The notes beneath the pieces are model-generated. The model ran no database searches and was not told the origin of the DNA. It saw only the letters and a list, made by a program, of their open reading frames with translations. A stretch of DNA of 64,000 bases. Source: Mobula hypostoma. Lineage: Eukaryota. The position numbers and the translations under genes are program-made. Positions 10,991-22,413 of this stretch are shown here, piece after piece. The stretch lies in contig NC_086097.1 in assembly GCF_963921235.1 (NCBI RefSeq), positions 30,692,001 through 30,756,000 on the forward strand. Reading direction: 5' to 3'. Within the stretch, counting starts at the first letter, position 1; every line of letters starts with the position of its first letter.

Positions 10991-13382
10991 ACTTTGTCTT
11001 TGCTTTTGATTGATAACAGTGGAGTAGAAGTTTTCATTGAGCCTGGTGGTATGTGCTTTAGGCTTTTGTATCTTCTGTCCAATGGAAGTTTTCACTTCTA
11101 TGGATGGGCAATGAATGCACACCTCACCAGTCCTACTACCTTCCCAGTGTAGAATGAATCAGAGAAGGAAACAGAGTTTGGAGATCATTGGTGGTACGAT
11201 AACCAGTCAATACTCCCAAAGATCTTCACACATGAGGACTGAGGGAGTGGCAAGAAAGACTACTAAAGAAGCCTTGAGGAGGCTGGGCTAATTTGGTTCA
11301 CACATGATAACTTTGTCTAGCACCTTGAGGGTCTCTGACCAAAGGTGAAGGAGATTGAGGAAAACAACAAGATGTGGAAAGACATGGTGATGCAGCCACG
11401 TGTTCTAATATGTTCATTCATTCATTCATTAATCAGAACAAACACATCCAACCAAGCAAGAAGATTGTAGTCGGGAGATTAATACTGCAGAGACACATTC
11501 ACCCAGGTAAAAAGGTAACCAAATGATGCCTCGAGAGACCTCACTATCTTCTCGGCAAACAGTCCCCTGGCATTTGACACTGGGATTAATTTTCTTTCTA
11601 TGGTTAAGAACCTTGGCTCCATCAACCTTCCATTAGTGGTTGTCAAGGAAACTCCAAGGGATTTGTTGCAAATCTGAGGGGCTGCTGCCGTGGTAACAAG
11701 AACAACCAATTTGTTATCACCTGTTTTACATCATACAGTCAAAATTCCGCCCTGTGAATTCCCCCCACCCCCACACCCCCGCCCCAAGTCTGACCCAAAG
11801 CAATTTACATGGCCTCAATGGGTTCCATTTCCAAATTCTGGGATGAGAACTTCTCATTGTCCTCCACCATCCTATTGTTTGCCTCCTCTTCCCCGTACCT
11901 CGTCCAGATGTGGCCAAGTGCCAGACTCGGATTCTGGTTCAGATTCAAGCTCAAGTAAACTTACTATCAAAGTACATCTGCAGTATGTCACCGTATACTA
12001 GCCTGAGATTCATTTTCCTGTGGATATTCACAGAAGATATGAAGAAATACAATAGAATCAATGAAAATAGAATGATTCAGGTTCAGATTCAGTTCAGATT
12101 CCAATTTATTTATCAGATGTACATCAAAACACAGTGAAATCTACAGTTTGCATTGAAAACCAGCACAACCTAAGGATGTGCTGGCGACAGCCCGCAAATG
12201 TCACCATGCATTCCGTCGCCAACATATTGGGCTTACAATGTTCAGCAGAACAACACAAGCAGCAACGACAATATAAACATGAGAAACTCTGCAGATGCTG
12301 GAAATCGAAAGCAACACGCACAAAACGACAGCAACAAAACAAGCCCCTTTCCTCCCTCCCACTCAAACACACAGGCAAGCCTCCAACTCCAGTGAGAGAG
12401 AAGGCGTAGATTGTTATTTGTCAGTGAACAACATTTAACGTGAAGCCAGGTTACTGAACAAAACAAAGCTGAGGATCAAAGCCTGAAGGTCAACCGGAGG
12501 TCTAAAAGTCGAAGCCCAATGGCCAAAGGTTGGAGACATGAAACTAAAGGCTTGCCTGGGCTTGGAAGACTACCTCTGTGGCTGGGTGTGAGGGAGGGAG
12601 GAAAGGGCCTTATTTTGCTGTTGTTATTTTGTTGCTTCTTGTGTCCTGTGTTGTCCTGCCACGCTGGGTTGGTGTCGGAATGCATGATATAACTGTGTGG
12701 GCTGCCCCCAGCATGTCCTTGAGTATGTTGGTCGTTAATGCAAAGGATGCATTTCACTGTATGTTTCATAGAATCCAGAACGTAGAACATTACAGCACAG
12801 TACAGGCCCTTTAGCCCATGACATTGTACTGTCCCTTTAACCTATTCTAAGGTCAATCTAAACATCCCTCTGACATAGCCCTCCGTCCATCTGCCTATCT
12901 AAGACTTTCTTAAACGTTTCATCTGCATGTGATAAATAAATGAATCTGAATCAGAATCTGAACACGGAAAGTTTTCACACATAATGAGGCTGTATCCATG
13001 GTCTGGGTTATCTAGCAGGCTTGACTGTTGTACATGGAGGAGCTTAATGTGGATGAGATAAGATAGAAAAGCCAACATTTTCATTTTGAAAAATAAGAAG
13101 CTGTTGTGGGCCAAAGGGCCTGTTCTGTGCAATGTTGTAAGAAGTTACAGATGCTCAAGAGTTCAGGTAACATCCACAGAGGGTCAAAGGGAATGGGAGG
13201 GAGAGAAGGGAAGGAGGGGGAGGGGGCAAGGGAGTGGAGCGAGTGGGAGAAGAAGGGGAGGGGGAGAGAAGGGGAGAGAGAGAGGAAAAGGGAGGAGCAA
13301 AAGGATGGAGCGACGGACAGAGAGAGATAGAGAGAGAGAGAGAAATATATATAAAATATATATTTAAACCCTCAGGTCATGT

Positions 13383-13600
13383 GTTGGGCACATGGCCAAA
13401 TGGTTGAGGCGTTCGTCTAGTTACCTCAAGGTCAGTAGTTCGAGCCTCAGCTGTGGCAGTGTGTTTGTGTCCTTGAGCAAGGCACTTAACCACACATTGC
13501 TCTAGTCTGTGCAAGGAGTGGCGCCCCACACAGACTTCCAATCTGCGCCTTGTAAGGCACGAAAATGCCCGACGCAGGCCTCTGATGGTCTGAGTCAACG
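13383..13600 (+). mobile_element. tRNA-derived SINE
   Basis: A box tggccaaatgg and B box gttcgagcc, followed by a tccttgagcaaggcacttaacc body. Not a complete tRNA. Confidence 0.7.
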
Positions 13601-13694
13601 TCTACCCCCCCCCCCCAGGTCAAGGACTTTTCAGAGATCATTCCCCTTAAACCCTGTGCCCTCTGGTGTTGTGTTTCCCTTCCATTGTTGTATG

Positions 13695-14472
13695 TAGATG
13701 ACACAAAGGTTGGTGGTGGGGTAGTGTAAAAGGCTGTCGTAGGTTATAACGGGACATTGATAGGATGCGGAGCTGGGCTGATGCAGTGGCAGATGGAGTT
13801 CAGTCCAGAAAGTCAGTTCAAAACACTCTTGGAATATAGGAAGGAAGTGGAAGCTTTAGAGAGGGTGCAGAGGAGATTTACCAGGATGCTGCCTGGATCA
13901 GAGAGCATGGCTTATGAGGATAGGCTGGGCAAGCTAGGGCCATTCTCTTTGGAGTGAAAAGAGAAGAGGGGTGAGTTGATAGAGGTGTACAAGATAATCA
14001 GAGGTATAGATTGGGTGGACAGTCAGAGATTTTTTTCCCAGGGCGTAAATGACTAATATGAAGGAGTATAATTTTAAGGTGATTGGAGGAAAGTATTGGA
14101 GTGGTGGGTTGGGGGAGTATCAGAGGCTACTGAATTTGTACATTTTCCCCGTGACTGTTTGGGTTTCCTCCGGGTACTCTGGTTTTCTCCCACATTCCAA
14201 AGATGTGTAGGTTTGGGGTTTATTGGTCACATGGGTGAGCGGGCTCGTTGGTCCGGGAGGGTCTGTTAAAAAAATTAAAAATACGCAGAGTGGTGGGTAC
14301 ATTGAATAGTGGTAGAGGCAGATACATTATGGGCATTTAAGATACTCTTAGATAGTCACATGGATGTAAAATGGAGGGCTACGTAGGAGGGAAGGTTTAG
14401 ATTGATCTTGGAGAAGGTTAAAAGGTTGGCACAGCACTGTGGGCCGAAGGGCCTGTACAGTTCTATGTTCTA
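13695..14472 (+). mobile_element. CR1 LINE 3' fragment with a V-SINE-like insert (about 14118-14285)
   Basis: Reads EALERVQRRFTRMLPG...LGPFSLE and ends gggccgaagggcctgt...ttctatgttct. Confidence 0.7.
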
Positions 14473-16544
14473 AGATTGCATCAGCAGTACAATCAAAACA
14501 GCGCTAATTTTCACACAGTAAGCTCCCCAAGCAACAATGTGATAATGATCAGATAATTGGGTTCATAAAATGTTGATTATGGGATAAACAGAAGAGTAAA
14601 CACAGGGGAAGAATCAAGCTTGACTCCAAAATAACCCCTTAGCATTATTGGCACTCTCTTACAGAAGGTTTTCAATTAATGTCTTACCGAAAAGACAAAA
14701 TCACTGAGAGTTCAGCACTCAGAGTTGAGTTTATCTTCATCTGCACAGGAGCAAAGAAAAACTTACTCACAGCAGCATCACAGGCACAGAGCATCAGATA
14801 AACAGCATTCACAGGAACAACGTAAGTTAAAGATACACAAGTATTTTTTTTACATGAAAACAGAATTGGACAAAGAAAACGAAGTCCGTTGTAGTGCAAT
14901 GTGATCAAAGCAATCAAAGGATTGTGCCAATTGGTTCAAGAACTGAATGGTTGAGTGGAAGTAACTGTTCTTGAGCCTGGAGATGAGGGACTTCAGGCTT
15001 CTGCCTGATGATAGGTACGAGAAGGTGACATGGCCCGGATAGAGGGGATCCTTGATGGTAGATGTTGCCTTCTTGAGGTAGCAGCTCCTGTAGATACAAG
15101 TTATGGTGGAGAGGGATTGTCTGCAGAGTGATTGACTCTAGATTGGGTAGAGTCCACTACTCTCTGCACCTTTTTACATTCCTGTACATTTGAATTGCCA
15201 TATCAGACCATTATTCAACCAGTCGGGATATTTCCCACACTCCATCTGTAAAAAGTTGGAAGTATCCTAACTGGTTACACCATCTACTTCGAGAATACTG
15301 CTCTGGATCAGTTAAGGTTTCAATTCTGCACATTTTTGGGATGGGAATACAGAGTCTTCAGATGAGGGACTGGAAGAATCACTTCTCATAGGGCAGTATA
15401 ACAGATACCTGGATGGATCTCTTGATTGTCATGAATGAGTTGGGCTGAAGGATCCTTTTTTGTGCTGTATAACTTGAAGTAGATTAGATTAGCCTTATTT
15501 GTCAACTGTACATTGAAACATCGCAAAATGATTGTTTGTGTCAATGGCCAACACAGTAAGAGGGTGTGCTTCCAGCAGCAACATAACATGTCCACAATTT
15601 ACTAACCCTGTACTATGCTTACAATGTCCCAATTCTTGTACTCAGTGCGTTGACTCATGAAGCCCAGTGTGCTAAACACCTTTTCACCACCCTGTCTACC
15701 TGTGACTCCACTTTCAAAAACTGTACGCTTGTACTCCTAAGTCCCTCTGTTCTAATGTACTCCCTAATGCCCTACCATTCATAGTACATCACCTCTGCTG
15801 GCCAGACATTCCAAAATGCATCACCTCACACTTAGAACGTACAGGTTAAGATGGCGCTACCAAATGCATGCAATAGCTTACTGATAGTTCGAAAGAAAAG
15901 AAACTTGACTAAAAACATTTATTAAATACACATTTTTCTGAAGTCAATTGTGGTAAACCATCACCGCAAACAATGAAGGGGTAAGCAAAGGCGAAGTTGA
16001 TTGGAAGGATGAGCTGTGCTGATTCGTTGCAAAGCCGAACCGTGATGTGTTCAAGACGGGGCAGCAGATGGAGTTGGAATGAGTGATTCGGAGAGAAGGA
16101 GTCGAGGCAGAGGATTTTCGATGCCCGTTCAATAACCCGGGTGCAAGGTTCGATTACTCCAAGTACTGAGCCCATTTGGAGAGGTCGAGAAAGGCTTTGG
16201 GTTAGGTGGCAAGGTCTAGGCCCAGAGTGTATTGCTGTGGTGGGGCCCTGGTCCTAATGCAAAGCACAGTCCACTGTTTGGACAATTTAAATGGCGGCCC
16301 AGATAGACTGGAAGGGCAGGGTGTTGGGACCAGAGGCAAGGATCAGGCTGATTCCATATTGAGGCTGTGAGACTGCCTCAGCTGCTGTGCTGCTGTGCTT
16401 CATGTCTGCGAGCTTTGCAGCGATTTGTCCCATTAATATGATGAACTGATACCGAGGCTTTGGGCCTACTTCCGGCTGCTCTGGGGACTCGGATCTAAGG
16501 ACTCAATTTAGTTCGGAATACTGTCGCTCGCTTCTATTGTTTGC

Positions 16545-16993
16545 ATGATTTGTTGCTCGGCGGCTGGGGCGGGATCAAAGTGCTCGGTGCTCTGTGTCGG
16601 AGGGCTGGTCGGAGGCTCAAAGTTTTCGAACAGACTCAGAGTCGGACTGTGGTTGGGTGCTTCCAGGATGCTGCAATGGCAAGTTTGCAGCGCTGGAAGC
16701 TCATGGCAGGGAGAGTTTCTTCCTTCTACCGTCTGCTTGAGATGATGGGACTTTCGAGAGACTTTGAGACTTTTTACCGTGCCCATGATCTGCTCTTATC
16801 AAATTACGGTAATGCTTTGCACTGTTGTAACTATATCTTATAATTGTGGTTTTTGTCAGTTTTAGTCTTGGTCTGTCCTGTGTTTCTGTGATATCTTACT
16901 GGAGGAACATTGTATCATTTTTTAATGCATGCATTTCTAAATGATAATAAACGAGGACTGAGTGTCCTCATAATCTAATCTAATCTAATCTAA
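16545..16993 (+). mobile_element. 5'-truncated copy of an ORF-less retroposon ending in (TAATC)n
   Basis: Highly similar to 19170-19563 and 56525-57225; 3' end aataaacgaggactgagtgtcctcataatctaatc. Confidence 0.7.
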
Positions 16994-17094
16994 TGATTTG
17001 GTTTTTTTTAACCTTGTGTCTGTCTTTTTTTTATTGGGTTCTTTAGGGTTTCTTGCTTTGTAAGTAGACAGATTTCAAGGTTGTATAATTTATA

Positions 17095-18010
17095 GCAACA
17101 CACATCAAAGTTGCTGGTGAACGCAGCAGGCCAGGCAGTGTCTCTAGGAAGAGGTACAGTCGACGTTTCGGGCCGGGACCCTTCGTCAGGACTAACTGAA
17201 GGAAGAGCTAGTAAGAGATTTGAAAGCGGGAGGGGGAGGGGGAGATCCAAAATGATAGGAGAAGACAGGAGTAGGAGGGATGGAGCCAAGAGCTGGACAG
17301 GAGATTGGCAAAAGGGATATGAGAGGATCATGGGACAGGAGGCCCAGGGAGAAGGAAAAGGGGGGGGGGGAAGCCCAGAGGATGGGCAAGGGGTATAGTC
17401 AGAGGGAGAAAAAGGAGAGTGAGAGAAAGAATGTGTGTGTATATAAAGGGGTATGAGGGGGAGGTGGGGCATTAGCAGAAATTAGAGAAGTCAATGTTCA
17501 TGCCATCAGGTTGGAGGCTACCCAGACGGAATATAATGTGTGGTTCCTCCAACCTGAGTGTGGTTTCATCTCTACAGTAGAGGAGGCCGTGGATAGACAT
17601 ATCAGAATGGGAATGGGATGTGGAATTAAAATGTGTGGCCACTAGGAGATCCTGCTTTCTCTGGCGGACAGAGCGTTCAGCGAAGCGATCTCCCAGTCCG
17701 CGTCGGGTCTCGCCTATATATTTATTTATTTATTTGTTTGTTTGTCCTCTCATATCCCTTTTGCCAATCACCTGTCCAGCTCTTGGCTCCATCCCTCCCC
17801 CTCCTGTCTTCTCCTATCATTTTGGATCTCCCCTTCCCCCTCCCACTTTCAAATCTCTTACTAGCTCTTCCTTCAGTTAGTCCTGACGAAGGGTCTCAGC
17901 CCAAAACGTCGACTGTACCTCTTCCTAGAGATGCTGCCTGGCCTGCTGCGTTCACCAGCAACTTTGATGTGCGTTGCTTGAATTTCCAGCATCTGCAGAA
18001 TTCCTCGTGT
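17095..18010. mobile_element. Penelope-like element remnant with ~235-bp inverted terminal repeats, a GIY-YIG C-terminal fragment and TSD
   Basis: Arms at 17095-17328 and 17745-17978. The minus strand around 17475-17570 reads DETTLRLEEPHIIFRLGSLQPDGMNIDFSNF. ttgtataatttata is duplicated at 17081-17094 and 18011-18024. Confidence 0.82.
17157..17194 (-). ncRNA. Minimal type-I hammerhead ribozyme motif (Penelope-associated)
   Basis: The minus strand reads UAGUC-CUGACGA-A-GGG UCCCGG CCC-GAAA-CG-UC^GACUG: both core boxes, stems I and II, a GUC site and a palindromic ACGU stem III. Confidence 0.72.
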
Positions 18011-19169
18011 TTGTATAATTTATACATATTTGGATAATAAATAAACGTACTTTGAACAGAACAGCACAGTACATGATGTCGCACCAAACATTTAACCTGA
18101 TCCAAAATCAATCTACCAGTTCAGCATGGACTAGATGGGCTGAAGGACCTGTTTCGATGCTGTAGGGGGAGAAAACTTTTGTGTTTCTCATAACCTTCCA
18201 TTTTTTCTTTCATCCATGTGCTTATCTAAGAGTCTGTTAGATGTCCCTAATGCATCAGCCTCTACCACCACCCTGCCAGGGCATTCCACCTACCTACCAC
18301 TCTGTGTAAAAAACTTACCTCTGAAATCCTCCCCATACTTTCCTCCAATAAGCTTGGAATAATGCCTCCAGGGAAACATTCTCTGGCTTTCCAATCTTTC
18401 TATGCCCCTTAGTAGTGGTAGTGCAATCATTTGAGTCAACTGTGATGTTTTCCGAAGTGGTTGTCTATTGGTGGGTCCTCAGATAGCTGTAGAGACCAAT
18501 TTGGGATCCACATATTCTGGTACAGTGTGGGCAAGAGTAATGATGTCTGTGGTTAATGGTTGGGTCATTTGGTCGTTCAATCTCTCCTTTCACAGCTGCC
18601 ACTTGTTCTCTGCAGCACAGCGGAGGTCACTCTCATGTAATGCAACTCCCTCTTGAACAGATTTCCTCCAGGCCTATCTATTGAGTGCAATGTCTTCCCA
18701 GTTTTAGATAGGATATTGAATTTCTTCAGGCTCATTTTGATGATATCTTAGAAGCGTTTCGCTTGCTCATCAGTAGCTTGCTGACCTTCCTTTAATTGGG
18801 AGTAAACGGTCTGTGTGGGGAGACGTGAACTGCGCATTCGGATATCACGACTTATCCAATGGATCTGGTGTTGCTCTATCATGATGGAGATGCTACTCAT
18901 CTTGGCCTCCTCCAGTGTGTTGGTGTTAGTGCATCTGTGTTTCCAGGTGATCCTCAAAATCTTTCATAAGTCTCTTTGGTGGTAATGTCCCATGGCTTTC
19001 AGGTGCCTACTGTAGGTGGTCCATGATTCAGCTCCCCACAGTAATGTAAGATGGACCACTGCTCTGTAGACCTGAAGTTTTGTTTAGACCTGTAGGTCAC
19101 AGTTTTCAAAGACTCTTTTCTTTAATCTTGCAGAGGCTCAACTAGAACTACTGAGGTGGTGGTTGATCT

Positions 19170-19563
19170 CTGAGTCGATGCCTGGTTTTGAAGAGAGAAT
19201 GTTGCCACGGTAGGGATCATTGTCGGCTGTGGTCGGCTGCTTCTAATGCATTTGCGGTTGTTGGTGCCTGAAGGTTTATGGCAGGGAGTTTCTCCCTTTT
19301 GCCGCCTGCTATCGGGGACTCGGGAGTCGATCGGGACTTTGAGACTTTTTTTTACGGTGCCCATGGTCCGCTCTTTATCAAATTATGGTATTGCTTTGCA
19401 CTGCTGTAACTATATGTTATAATTATGTGGTTCTGTCAGTGTTAGTCTTTGGTTTGCCCTGTTTTTCTGTGATATCACTCTGGAGGAACATTGTATCATT
19501 TCTTAATGCATGCATGCATTTCTAAATGACAATAAACGAGGACTGAGTGTTCTCATAATCTAA
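19170..19563 (+). mobile_element. Truncated copy of the (TAATC)-tailed retroposon nested in the RTE
   Basis: Matches 16640-16975 and 56870-57220. Confidence 0.7.
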
Positions 19564-20013
19564 GTGGTTTACATTTTCAAGGGTGGTATCGTCAACTTTT
19601 GTGGAGGGCTATAAAAATGGTTGGTTAGGTGGTGGCTAATATAGGATCTGTGTCTTTTTTATGTTCAAAACAAGATGCATGGCCCTTTATGCCTTGGCAA
19701 AGGCACTCAGGGTTGAAAAGCATGTTGTCCATTCTGTACGTGGTTTGGATTCCCTGTGGCAAGTCTTGGCCGATGAGGTGAAGGATGGCAGCAATAAAGA
19801 CGACAAATAGGGTGGGTGCAGTGATACAGCCCTGCTTCACTCCTGTCTGGACAGTGAACGGTTCTGATACTGCACCACTTTTGCTGAGTACTGTGGCATC
19901 ATGAAGTAGCGTAAGGACGAGTCAAGACAGCCATGTCTTGATAGTATACACCACAGAGCTTGGTAGTCTACCATATCAAATACCTTTGACAAACCTGTGA
20001 AAGGGTTGCCTTT

Positions 20014-20243
20014 ACTTACTTACGTACTCCAACTGGGACATAGGTTACCGACAGCAGCTCGCCAGAGTCCTTTCTTCTGGGCCGATCTTTCAGGTGAAGA
20101 TCCTGCCTCTCCCAGGGATGAGGTCTCTGGAGCTTCTGTTGGTGTTTCTGTAGCTCTGGGTTTTTACAGAATGGGGTTGTTAGCACCATGCCCAACCCTC
20201 CTCCTTTCGCAGCCGGGCTTCTGACCATCCATGGTGGAGGTAC
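20014..20243 (-). mobile_element. 230-bp bipartite RTE-derived SINE with a twister-like 5' head and (TAAG)n tail
   Basis: Perfect 13-bp TSD aagggttgccttt (20001-20013 and 20244-20256). The 3' part reads AQKKGLWRAAVGNLCP followed by gtaagtaagtaa. Confidence 0.8.
20191..20243 (-). ncRNA. Degenerate twister (P1-type) ribozyme 3' cleavage product
   Basis: The minus strand reads GU^AC-CUCC-ACCAUGGAUGG-UCAGAAGC-CCGG-CUGCGAAA-GGAG-GAGGG-UUGGG, compared with the twister pattern U^AA-P2-GC..GG-UCCCAAGC-CCGG..P2'-GAGGG-P1'. Confidence 0.62.
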
Positions 20244-20384
20244 AAGGGTTGCCTTTGCTCACGACATTTTTCCTGCAATTGGCATGCTGTTTTTCTCCTG
20301 TCAACAACAGGCAAAGTGCTTGCACGTATCCTTGACAACCAAGCCCTACTGATATCTGAAAGAGTGCTTCCTGAATCAGAATCA

Positions 20385-21525
20385 GGTTTAATATCTCCGG
20401 CATGGGTCATGAAATTTGTTAACTTAGCGGCAGCCATACAACGTAATACATAATATAGAGAAAAATACATTAAAAATGAGTTACTGTAAGTGTATATGTA
20501 TATATACATTAAATAGTTACATTAAAAATAGTACTGCAAAAACAGGATTTTTTAAAAAGTGAGGTACTATTCATGGGTTCAATGGCCATTTAAAAATCAG
20601 ATGGCAGAGGCGAAGAAGCTGTTCCTGAATCATTGAGGGTGTGCCTTTAGGCTTCTGTACCTCCCCCCCCCCAATGGTAACAGTGAGAAAAGGCCTGTCC
20701 TGGATGATGGGCACCGCTCCTTGAAGATGTCTTGGATACTATAGAGGCTAGTACCCATGATGGAGCTGACTAATGTTATAACTTTCTGTAGCTTCTTTCC
20801 ATCCTGTGCAGTCGCACCTCCCCCACCTCCCCCATACCAGACAGTGATGCAGTCTGTCAGGAAGCTCTCCATGGCACATCTGTAGAAATTTTCAAGTGTT
20901 TTAGGTGACAAACCAAATCTCCTCAAACTCCTCATGAAATATAGCCACTGTCTTGCCTTCCTTATAGCTGCATTGATATGTTGGGACCAGGTTAGATCCT
21001 CAGAGATATTGTCACCCAGGAACTTGAAATTCCTCACTCTCTCCACTTCTGATTCCCTCGATAAGGATCGGTTCGTGTTCCCTCGTCTTATCCTTTCTGA
21101 AGTCCACAATCAGTTCTTTGGTCTTACTGACATTGAGTGCAAGGTAGTTGCTGCGACACCACTCAACTAGCTAGTATATCTCGCTCCTGAGTCCCTAGTC
21201 TCCATCTGAGATTCTGCCAACAATGGTTGTATCATCTGCAGATCTGTAGATGGCATTCGAGCTATGCTTAGCCACACAGTCACGGGTATAGATAGAGTAG
21301 AGCACTGGGCTAAGCACATGTCCCTGAGGTGTGCCAGTGTTCGTCATCAACAAGGAGGAGATGTTACTACCAATCCACACAGATTGTGGTCTTCCAATTA
21401 GGAAATCGAGGATCCAGTTGCAGAGGGAAATACAGAGGCCCAGGTTCTGTAGCTTTTCAATCAGTTCCATTGGAATGATGGTGTTAAACACTGAGCTATG
21501 GTAAACGAACAGCATTCTGACATAG
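20385..21525 (-). mobile_element. Rex1/Babar-like LINE RT 3' half
   Basis: Reads [15 protein letters not shown]...CNWILDFL...[25 protein letters not shown] and FKFLGDNISEDLTWSQH. Confidence 0.78.
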
Positions 21526-22339
21526 GTGTTTGTACTGCAGTATGGTTTTCTCTATCTAGAGATACTGCAGACATGACCTATGCCTCTTATCATCTTCTAT
21601 ACCTCTACCAAGTCACCTCCCATCCTCATTCTCTCCAAAGAGAAAACCATTATTTGCTCAACCTTTCCTCAAAAAAACATGCTCTCTAATCTAGACAACA
21701 TCCTGGTAAATCTCCTCTGCAACCTCTTTAAAGCTTTCACATCCTTCCTCTAATGAGGCATCCAGAAATTAATACAATACTCGGAGTATGAATCATAATC
21801 AGATTTATTATCTCTGAGTGATTCTATATATGTTGTTTGATTTGCTGACTTCCTCCAGCATTTTGTGTGTGCTGGAGGTTTGTTATCTCTGATATACAGT
21901 ATGCCATTATTTTGTGACAACAGTATATGGTGCAAGACATTAAAATTTCTAAAAGTTACAAAAATAAATAAATCGTGTTAAAGAGGAACAGTGAGGTAGT
22001 GTTCATGGGTTCATGGACTGTTCATAAACATGATGGCAGAGGGGAAGAAGCTGTTCCTAACATGTTGAGTGTGGGCCTTCAGGCTTTTGTACCTCGTCCC
22101 TGATCGTAATAATGAGAAGAGGGCATGTCCCGGATGGTGAGAGACCTCAGTGATGGATATCCGCTTCTTGGAGCTCCACCTCCTGAAGATGTTTTCGATG
22201 TGTAAGCTTTAAAGGGGACCTGAGGGTGGTGAGTATATGGAATGACATATACATGTCATATAACATGGCAAGCAGTTGAGGCAAGTACATTTACAAAGTT
22301 TAAAAGATACTTGACAGGAAGGATAGAAATTGTTTAGAG

Positions 22340-22413
22340 CAGGGGTTCCCAACCTTTTTTATGGAGCCTTACCGTTAACTGAGGGGTCCATGGACCCCAA
22401 GTTGGAAACCCTG
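22340..22413. mobile_element. hAT MITE inside a CR1 3' tail
   Basis: TIRs caggggttcccaac/gttggaaaccctg; 8-bp TSD gtttagag/atttagag. Confidence 0.8.

Larger units (their letters stand above)
18410..20380 (-). mobile_element. Degenerate RTE-clade LINE (RT and C-terminal region) carrying two nested insertions
   Basis: Reads QLQEKCREQRQPL, KQGCITAPTLFVVFIAAIL and RITWKHRCTNTNTLEEAKM...SRLPTQTVYSQLKEG. Confidence 0.75.

Noticed and set aside
13383..13460. tRNA gene (also about 51085 and 42998)
   Set aside because: A/B boxes are present but there is no full cloverleaf, and each runs into a SINE body.
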